From: Acidobacteriota bacterium
Lineage (GTDB): Bacteria > Acidobacteriota > Vicinamibacteria > Vicinamibacterales > UBA2999
Direction of reading: 5' to 3'
Assembly: GCA_009694735.1 (NCBI GenBank)
Contig: SHUG01000004.1
Span: 6,888-70,887 of the forward strand
DNA: 64,000 bases
Both the position numbers and the translations under genes were made by a program. The notes under the pieces are model-generated. The model ran no database searches and had not been told where the DNA came from. It was given only the letters and a program-made list of their open reading frames with translations. Below, one piece after another: positions 55,111 through 64,000 of the stretch (its first letter is position 1; every line of letters starts with the position of its first letter).

Positions 55111-55115
55111 CGGAG

Positions 55116-56033
55116 ATGAGCCAGCACTTGAAACGCCTCTTTCTCGCCCTGGTCTTCACGCTGGCGGCCCACGCCCCGGCCTTCGCCACCTGGTCGGTGA
55201 TCGCCGTTGACGCGCGCACGGGACAGGTGATCATCGCGTCGGCGACGTGCGTGCGGCAGCAAGGGTTCCCCCAGCGCCAACCCAACCCATCGCGCGATTT
55301 GATGGACGTGCAGGCCGTGATCGTGCCCGGCGTTGGAGTGGCGGCCTGCCAGGCCGGCGCCGACAACACCCGCGAGAACCAGATGCTGGTCTACGCGGAA
55401 CTCAAGAAAGGGACGCCTCCGGCGAAGATTCTCGACTTGCTCAAGCAGCACGAGGCCGCGCGCAAACCCGAGAATCAGATGGAACGCCGGCAGTTCGGCA
55501 TCCTCGCCATCCCGGATGGCAAGGAGGTCACCGCGCAGAACAACCGCGTCGGGTTCAATGGCGCCAACAACTCCGTGTCGTCGCTCTATTTCGGTGGCCG
55601 GGTGGGCGACGTCTACTACCAGGTGCAGGGCAACACGCTGCTCGGTGACGCCGTGGTACACCAGGCCGCCTTGGCATTCACGCGCGCCACCGGCACCATG
55701 GCCGATCGGGTGATGGCGGCCATGGCAGGCGCCGACGCCAACGGCGGCGACCATCGCTGCAACTGCGGGGTCAGCGTGATCGACTTCGTGCCGTGCGACA
55801 ACCGGACTGCCTACGTCGCCTACATCGCCATCGCCGAAAAGGGCGACGCGGCCGGTGCCACGCACAACGACGGGCAGTATTCCGTCTACCTCAGCGTGAC
55901 CGACCACAACACCGTGAAAGGCGAGAGCGGTAACCCGGTCAAGACCCTGCGCCAGCGCTACAACGCGTGGCAGAAGGCCGGTTCCCGCCCAACCGGTGCG
56001 ATGCCGCCGTCGCCCTACAAAGGCCAGGACTAA
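55116..56033 (+). CDS. DUF1028 family Ntn-hydrolase-like exported protein
   Basis: AFA-TWSVIAVD N-terminal Thr after the signal peptide, PGVGVAACQA, RQFG, QGNTL, GGD.R. Confidence 0.85.
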   Translation: MSQHLKRLFLALVFTLAAHAPAFATWSVIAVDARTGQVIIASATCVRQQGFPQRQPNPSRDLMDVQAVIVPGVGVAACQAGADNTRENQMLVYAELKKGTPPAKILDLLKQHEAARKPENQMERRQFGILAIPDGKEVTAQNNRVGFNGANNSVSSLYFGGRVGDVYYQVQGNTLLGDAVVHQAALAFTRATGTMADRVMAAMAGADANGGDHRCNCGVSVIDFVPCDNRTAYVAYIAIAEKGDAAGATHNDGQYSVYLSVTDHNTVKGESGNPVKTLRQRYNAWQKAGSRPTGAMPPSPYKGQD

Positions 56034-56034
56034 G

Positions 56035-57303
56035 GTGCGCGCGCTCCTGATTGCCTTCGTCCTTGTCGTTAACGCGGCCATCCTGCCGGCTCAAACGCCG
56101 CTCTCCGCGTTTGTCCTCCAACCCGATCGCGTGTTCGACGGCGAGACCATGCACCCCGGGTGGGTAGTGGTCGTCCGCGGCGACCGGATCCTCGCCGCGG
56201 GCCCGCCGGCATCGACGAGTGCTCCGGGTGGCGCGCGAACCATCGCGCTGCCGGGCACCACGCTGATGCCCGGGCTGATCGAAGGCCACTCGCACCTCCT
56301 GCTGCATCCTTACAACGAGACGCCGTGGAACGACCAGGTGCTGCGGGAGCCGCTGGCGCTGCGGGTCGCTCGCGGCGTGAACCACGCGCTCGCCACGCTG
56401 ATGGCCGGTGTCACGACCGTTCGTGATCTCGGCAGCGAAGGCGCCGGTTATGCGGACGTGGGCCTGCGCCAGGCGATCAACGAAGGCATTGTCCCCGGTC
56501 CGCGGATGCTGGTCGCGGGGCCGGCGATGGTGGTTACCGGCAGCTACGCGCCCAAGGGCTTTGCGCCCGAAGTGACCGTGCCCCAAGGCGCGGAAGAAGC
56601 CGACGGCCTGGACGGTGTCGTGCGCGTGGCGCGCGGGCAGATCGCCCGCGGCGTCGACTTCATCAAGATCTACGCCGACTACCGCTGGGGCCCGAATGGC
56701 GAGACCCGGCCCGGCTTCACCCTTGGCGAAATTCAGCGCATCGCCGAGGCCGCCAACAGCAGCGGACGGCCCGTCGTCGCGCACGCTTCGTCCCCGGAAG
56801 CGATGCGGCGCGCCATCATGGGTGGCGTCGAGACCATCGAGCACGGCGATGAAGGCACGCCGGAGATCTGGAAGCTGATGGTGGAGAAGAACGTCGCGTA
56901 CTGCCCGACCATTGCCGCCGGCGACGCCACGTCGCAGTATGCCGGCTGGAAGAAGGGTGTCGATCCGGAGCCGGCGCGCATCACGCGCAAGCGCGAAACA
57001 TTCAAGGCCGCGCTCGCGGCCGGTGTGAAGATGTGTTTCGGCGGCGACGTTGGGGTGTATGCACACGGTGACAACGTGCGCGAATTGGAGCTGATGGTGG
57101 AGTGGGGCATGACGCCGGCGGCGGCGCTGGTCGCGGCCACCTCTGGCAACGCGACCTATTTTCGCCAGGCGGAGCGGATCGGTCGCGTGAAGCCGGGACT
57201 GTTCGCCGACCTGATCGCCGTGACGGGCGATCCCTCGTCCAAGATCGCTGCGCTGCGCGGCGTGAAGTTCGTGATGAAGAACGGCAAGGTTTATAAGGAA
57301 TGA
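56035..57303 (+). CDS. exported amidohydrolase (Xaa-Pro dipeptidase-like)
   Basis: GTG 56035, MPGLIEGHSHL, IKIYAD, AHA, IEHG, GGDVG..HG. Confidence 0.9.
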   Translation: MRALLIAFVLVVNAAILPAQTPLSAFVLQPDRVFDGETMHPGWVVVVRGDRILAAGPPASTSAPGGARTIALPGTTLMPGLIEGHSHLLLHPYNETPWNDQVLREPLALRVARGVNHALATLMAGVTTVRDLGSEGAGYADVGLRQAINEGIVPGPRMLVAGPAMVVTGSYAPKGFAPEVTVPQGAEEADGLDGVVRVARGQIARGVDFIKIYADYRWGPNGETRPGFTLGEIQRIAEAANSSGRPVVAHASSPEAMRRAIMGGVETIEHGDEGTPEIWKLMVEKNVAYCPTIAAGDATSQYAGWKKGVDPEPARITRKRETFKAALAAGVKMCFGGDVGVYAHGDNVRELELMVEWGMTPAAALVAATSGNATYFRQAERIGRVKPGLFADLIAVTGDPSSKIAALRGVKFVMKNGKVYKE

Positions 57304-58148
57304 CGAACGTTGCGATCATCCTGTTACTCGTCGGCGCCTCGCTGTCGGCGCAGACGACCGGCCCCGAGAAGGGCACGCTCGTGATCGTGGGCGGCAACCT
57401 GCAGGACCCGGCCATCGTGAAACGCTTCATCGACCTGGCCGGCGGGCCCGGTGCCCCGATTGTCATCATCCCCACTGCTGGCGACGCGGACGAGTACGAC
57501 CAGTACTATTCCGGCCTCAAGGCCTGGCGCGAGAACGGCGCCACCAACCTGACGGTGATGCACACCCGCGACAGGAAGGTGGCCGACACCGAGGCTTTCG
57601 TGAAGCCGATTCGTGCCGCGCGCGGCGTGTTCTTTGCCGGTGGCCGGCAATGGCGGCTGGCGGATTCCTACCTGAACACGCTGACCCACAAGGCATTGAA
57701 CGACGTGCTGGCTCGAGGCGGTGTGATCGGCGGGTCTTCGGCCGGTGCCTCGATCCTGACTTCGTTCATGGTGCGCGGCGACACCAAGAACAACGAGAAG
57801 ATGATTGGCGACCACACGGTGGGCCTGGGGTTTCTCAAGAACGCCGCGGTCGATCAGCACCTGCTTCGGCGCAATCGACAGTTCGACATGCTCGAGGTGA
57901 TCGACAAGCATCCGGAACTGCTTGGCATCGGCCTGGACGAGAACACAGCGATTGTCGTCGACGGTGATCAGTTCGACGTGATCGGCCAGAGCTACGCGGT
58001 GGTCTACAGCAACCAGCCGGTGGCTGGGGCAAGCGGGCGCTTTTACTTCATGGCCGCCGGCGACCGTTTCGACATGAAGACACGCAAGGCGACGCGGCAG
58101 GGCAACGAGTGGCGGCCACTGATGGGCGTCCGGCCGCCACAGAACTAA
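57300..58148 (+). CDS. secreted cyanophycinase-like S51 peptidase
   Basis: IPTA, GG.Q.RL, GSSAG nucleophile, DQH...RNR, GLDENTA; signal peptide. Confidence 0.88.
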   Translation: MTNVAIILLLVGASLSAQTTGPEKGTLVIVGGNLQDPAIVKRFIDLAGGPGAPIVIIPTAGDADEYDQYYSGLKAWRENGATNLTVMHTRDRKVADTEAFVKPIRAARGVFFAGGRQWRLADSYLNTLTHKALNDVLARGGVIGGSSAGASILTSFMVRGDTKNNEKMIGDHTVGLGFLKNAAVDQHLLRRNRQFDMLEVIDKHPELLGIGLDENTAIVVDGDQFDVIGQSYAVVYSNQPVAGASGRFYFMAAGDRFDMKTRKATRQGNEWRPLMGVRPPQN

Positions 58149-58150
58149 CA

Positions 58151-58201
58151 ACAGCCACAGATTAGCCACAGAATCTGACAGCCGCAGATTAGACGCAGAT
58201 T
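58151..58201 (+). repeat. CACAGAT/CGCAGAT-type short tandem repeat
   Basis: acagccacagatt-agccacagaat-ctg-acagccgcagatt-agacgcagatt. Confidence 0.75.
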
Positions 58202-58219
58202 CAGAGACAGACACAAACC

Positions 58220-59794
58220 ATGTCACGACGAACGCTCACCATCACTCTCACGTTGTTGTTCGGCCTCTCGGTTGTGGCGCAGGAGCCTGCGGCCAAGTGG
58301 TGGTCGCATGTGGCCTTCCTGGCGACCGACGCCATGAACGGGCGCGATACCGGCAGCCCCGAACATCGGAAGGCCGCGGAGTACATCGCGGCCCAGTTCA
58401 AGAAGGCCGGACTTGAGCCCGGGGGGACCAACGGGTACTTCCAGCCCATTCGCTTCCGATCGCGTCGTATTGTCGAGGCCCAGTCGAGCCTGTCGTTGGT
58501 GCGGCCGGGGGGTGCGATCGAAATCGTAGAGCTCGGCGAAGAGGCGACCTTCTCGATGCGCATCGAACCGGCGCCGACTGTCGAAGCTGCGATCGTGTTT
58601 GCGGGCTATGGCCTGCAGGTGCCGGAGGCGAAGCATGACGACCTGGCGGGGCTCGATCTCAAGGGCAAGATCGTGTTGCTGCTCACTGGCGGGCCGTCGC
58701 ACATTCCGGGACCGCTGCTGGCGCATTATCAGTCGATTCGTTGGGAGTACCTGAAGAAGGCGGGAGTCGTTGGTGTCTTCTCGATCCAGAATCCCAAGGG
58801 ACAGGACATCCCGTGGGATCGGTCGAAGCTGTCGCGATTCATGCCGGCGCTGGCGATCGCCGATCCGGCGCTGGATGAGACGCTCGGCCAACAGACCGCA
58901 GTGACCATCAACCCCGCTCGCGCTGAGCGGTTCTTCACTGGCTCCGGTCACACTTTCAAGGAGCTGCTGGCGCTGTCGAATGATGGCAAGGTGCTGCCGC
59001 GGTTCGTCATCCCTGCGACGGCGAGGGTCAAAGTCGCGATCGACGCGAAGGCGATCGAGTCCGACAACGTCGTCGGTGTCCTGCGCGGCAGCGATCCGGC
59101 GCTCCGCAATGAGTATGTCGCCGTGTCCGCGCATATCGACCATGTCGGGGTCGGCGAGCCCATCGGCGGCGACCGCATCTACAACGGCGCCATGGACAAT
59201 GCGTCTGGTATCGCGACCCTGATCGAGACCGCAGCGGCGGCAGCGGCCGCCGGCGCGCCGAAACGGTCGATCGTGTTTGTCGCCGTGACCGCGGAAGAGA
59301 AGGGCTTGCTGGGCTCGCGCTACTTTGCGAACCGGCCGTCAATGACCGGCGGGACGATTGTCGCCAACCTCAATACCGACATGTTCCTGCCGCTGTTCCC
59401 GCTGAAGAGCCTGGTCGTGCAAGGGCTGGAGGAGTCGGATCTCGCCGAGGATCTCAAGCGGGTGGCGAGGCCCATGGCGCTTGAGGTGCTGTCGGATCCG
59501 GAGCCCGAGCGCAACGCGTTCATCCGGAGCGATCAATACAGCTTCATCAAGACCGGCGTGCCCGCGCTGTCGTTGAAGGTGGGCTTCGTGAAGGGCTCGC
59601 CCGAGCACCAGATGGTGCTTAAGTGGCGCAACGAGCGGTACCACGCACCGAGCGACGACCTGGCCCAGCCGATCAACCGCCAAGCCGCCGAGGATTTCGG
59701 CAAAGTTTACCTGTCGGTCGTCCAGGCCGTCGCCAACCGCCCGACCCGTCCGCAGTGGAACGGCGCCAGCTTCTTCCGGCGCTTCGCAAGATAG
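58220..59794 (+). CDS. M28 family aminopeptidase with a PA domain
   Basis: GRDTGS, SAHIDH, NGAMDNASG, AEEKGLLGS, NTDM, RSDQ, YH.PSD. Confidence 0.93.
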   Translation: MSRRTLTITLTLLFGLSVVAQEPAAKWWSHVAFLATDAMNGRDTGSPEHRKAAEYIAAQFKKAGLEPGGTNGYFQPIRFRSRRIVEAQSSLSLVRPGGAIEIVELGEEATFSMRIEPAPTVEAAIVFAGYGLQVPEAKHDDLAGLDLKGKIVLLLTGGPSHIPGPLLAHYQSIRWEYLKKAGVVGVFSIQNPKGQDIPWDRSKLSRFMPALAIADPALDETLGQQTAVTINPARAERFFTGSGHTFKELLALSNDGKVLPRFVIPATARVKVAIDAKAIESDNVVGVLRGSDPALRNEYVAVSAHIDHVGVGEPIGGDRIYNGAMDNASGIATLIETAAAAAAAGAPKRSIVFVAVTAEEKGLLGSRYFANRPSMTGGTIVANLNTDMFLPLFPLKSLVVQGLEESDLAEDLKRVARPMALEVLSDPEPERNAFIRSDQYSFIKTGVPALSLKVGFVKGSPEHQMVLKWRNERYHAPSDDLAQPINRQAAEDFGKVYLSVVQAVANRPTRPQWNGASFFRRFAR

Positions 59795-59821
59795 GGCAAT
59801 CACATGAGGGGAGTGTTATCC

Positions 59822-60757
59822 ATGAAAACGCTACTGGCATTGGTGGTGGGCGCGATCCTGGCCACGGCAGGCACGGGCGCGGCGGCTGCGACGAGCGTGC
59901 TGTTCATCGGCAACAGCTTTCTCTTCGGCTCAGGCTCGGCCGTCCGTTTATATCGGGCGGAGACGGTGACCGACCTTAATGGCGAGGGCAACGGCGGTGT
60001 GCCGGCGCTGTTCAAGTCCTTCACCCAGCAAGCCGGTCTCGACTACGACGTCTCCCTCGAGACGCGGGGCGGTAGCGGCCTCGACTTTCACCTGGCCAAC
60101 AAGCTCGACGTGATCGGCAAGCGCGGGTGGGACACGGTGGTGATGCACGGCTTCAGCCTGCTCGACGCCGACAAGCCGCGCGACCCGGCCAAGCTGGTCG
60201 CCACCAGCAAGCAGATGGCCGATGTGCTCCGCGCCAAGAATCCAGGCGTGACGTTGTTCCTGATGGCCACCTGGGCGCGTGCCGACCACGTCTACCCGGC
60301 GAAAGGCACGTGGACAGGACAGCCGGTCGAGGTGATGGCCCGCGACGTGCGCGCGGCGTACGACCAGGCCGCCGCTGCGGCCAAGGTCAAGACCGTGATT
60401 CCGGTCGGCGAAGCGTGGACGCGCGCCATGCAGACCGGTGTGGCCGATCCCAATCCCTACGACGGCATCGACGCCGGGAAACTGAATCTCTGGACCTTTG
60501 ACCACTATCACGCCAGCACGCATGGCTACTACCTGGAGGCGCTGGTGATCTTCGGCAGCGTGACCGGGCGCGACCCACGCTCGCTCGGCGATCGCGAATG
60601 TTCAGCCTATGAATTGGGACTGTCGCGGACGGAAGTGAAGGCGCTGCAGCAGGTGGCCTTTGACCAACTGGCCAGCGCGGGCGCGGTGACCGCCGCGGCT
60701 CCGGCTCCGGCGCCAGCAGCCCAGACGCCCGCCGCCACCGCGCGCTGCGGCCACTGA
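59822..60757 (+). CDS. exported SGNH-like hydrolase (DUF4886-like)
   Basis: LFIGNSF, IPVGEAW, DHYHAS; GAGGGGAG SD. Confidence 0.75.
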   Translation: MKTLLALVVGAILATAGTGAAAATSVLFIGNSFLFGSGSAVRLYRAETVTDLNGEGNGGVPALFKSFTQQAGLDYDVSLETRGGSGLDFHLANKLDVIGKRGWDTVVMHGFSLLDADKPRDPAKLVATSKQMADVLRAKNPGVTLFLMATWARADHVYPAKGTWTGQPVEVMARDVRAAYDQAAAAAKVKTVIPVGEAWTRAMQTGVADPNPYDGIDAGKLNLWTFDHYHASTHGYYLEALVIFGSVTGRDPRSLGDRECSAYELGLSRTEVKALQQVAFDQLASAGAVTAAAPAPAPAAQTPAATARCGH

Positions 60758-60770
60758 ACAGTCACCGATA

Positions 60771-60868
60771 AGAGCCACAGATTGGACACAGATCATCTTA
60801 GGAAGAATGAATCTGTTCATGTTGAGAAGAGTGAATCTGTGTTTGATCTGCGTCTAATCTGTGGCTGT
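60771..60868. repeat. inverted CACAGAT-family arrays
   Basis: agagccacagattggacacagat at 60771-60793 and aatctgtgtttgatctgcgtctaatctgtggctgt at 60834-60868. Confidence 0.8.
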
Positions 60869-60885
60869 CGCCGTGAATCAGCGGC

Positions 60886-62067
60886 CTAAACCACGTTGGC
60901 TTCCGCGACGGTGGTGCGCCTGCTGAAGCGATCGAGCGCAAACGGCGACAGGTCGAATTTCGGATCCCGCCCCGTGATCACATCGGCCAGGATGCGTCCC
61001 GCCGCCGGGGCGTGTTGGAATCCGTGGCCACTGAAGCCCGCAATCGTGTAAAAGCCGGCGACATCGGCGGCCGGCCCGATGATCGGGTTGTGATCCGGCG
61101 TCATCTCATACAGCCCGGCCCACGCGTGTGACACGGCGGCATCGGCGAGCGCCGGCAGACGTTGCATGGCCACCTCGATCACCTTCGGCAGGAAATCCCA
61201 GCGCACGGTGATGTCGAATCCGGGCTGCTCGTCGGGATCGCCCTTGCCGAACAGCAGCCCGCCGCCTTCGCGATGGAAGTAGAACGTGCTGTCGAAGTCG
61301 ATGACGAGCAACTTGTTCGTTGGCACCCGCCCGGCATTGCCCGTATCGTCCCACGACCCGCCGCCTGGTGGTGACGCAATGAAGATGTGGCGGCGCTCCG
61401 GTTCGACTGGCACATCGACGCCGAGCATGCGGCCGATCGACTTGGCCCACGGCCCCGCGGCGTTCACGACCAGCGGGGTGGCGATGTTGCCGCGCGCCGT
61501 CCGCACTTCAGTGACGCGATTGTGATCGACACGGATGCCCGTCACTTCCGTGTTGCGGACGATCTCCACGCCCTTGGCCTGAGCGCCTTTCGCAAACCCC
61601 ACCGTCACGCCATTGGGATCGGCGACGCCGTCGGCGGCGCAGTAGGTGGCTCCCTTCACGCCGGTGACATCGAGACCCGGCGCCAGGGCTTGCGCTTCCT
61701 TCGGCGATCGCCACTGCACGTCGACCCCGCGCGACTTCTGCAGCTGGACGTTCTTCAGGAAGGTGGCGACGTGGGCTGCCTTCGACAGCAGGAACAGGTA
61801 ACCGTCCTGGTGAAAGTCGATCGGCGTACCGACTACCTCCTCGAACCGCGCCATCATGGCAATCGATTCGATCGACAGGTCGATGTTGGCCGGATGCGAG
61901 AACTGGTGGCGCACGCCGCCGGCATTCTTGCCGGTGGAACCGGCGGCCAGTTGCGGCTCGCGCTCGATCAGCACGACGTTGGTCATACCCCGCTGGGCCA
62001 GGTGCCATGCCACGCTGGCGCCCATGCAACCGCCGCCGATGATCACTGCGTCTGCTGTCTGCTTCAT
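60886..62067 (-). CDS. FAD-dependent oxidoreductase (DAO/sarcosine oxidase beta-like)
   Basis: GGGCMG, GSTGKNAGG, NAAGPW, WAGLYEMTPD, GFSGHGF. Confidence 0.92.
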   Translation of the reverse strand: MKQTADAVIIGGGCMGASVAWHLAQRGMTNVVLIEREPQLAAGSTGKNAGGVRHQFSHPANIDLSIESIAMMARFEEVVGTPIDFHQDGYLFLLSKAAHVATFLKNVQLQKSRGVDVQWRSPKEAQALAPGLDVTGVKGATYCAADGVADPNGVTVGFAKGAQAKGVEIVRNTEVTGIRVDHNRVTEVRTARGNIATPLVVNAAGPWAKSIGRMLGVDVPVEPERRHIFIASPPGGGSWDDTGNAGRVPTNKLLVIDFDSTFYFHREGGGLLFGKGDPDEQPGFDITVRWDFLPKVIEVAMQRLPALADAAVSHAWAGLYEMTPDHNPIIGPAADVAGFYTIAGFSGHGFQHAPAAGRILADVITGRDPKFDLSPFALDRFSRRTTVAEANVV

Positions 62068-62106
62068 GAGGGCGATCTGAATCTATCAGACCGCCCCTGT
62101 AGGTGG

Positions 62107-64000
<1,894 letters not shown>

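Overview
High-GC bacterial chromosome segment. ADOP-type permease, Oar-like TonB receptors, PQQ-repeat and VPS10 propellers suggest Acidobacteriota, probably Vicinamibacteria (inference). 1-8.2 kb is the housekeeping cluster tRNA-Leu-tig-clpP-clpX-lon-engB-rho-C/N hydrolase on the minus strand. The rest is accessory: three PQQ-repeat beta-propellers, two VPS10/BNR proteins, many exported amidohydrolases and peptidases, a two-permease MacB-like ABC system with His-rich inserts, HupE/UreJ, cystathionine beta-synthase, a thiol dioxygenase, UbiX, a TonB receptor-hydrolase cluster with a secreted cyanophycinase-like enzyme, and partial katG. No CRISPR, rRNA, transposase or prophage gene was seen. 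The most striking non-gene signal is several families of short palindromic or tandem repeats, with at least six copies inserted in frame inside protein-coding genes. There are also three deletion-collapsed pseudogenes, two small ORFs missing from the ORF track, and several apparently leaderless promoters. All product calls come from motif recognition by eye; no database searches were run.
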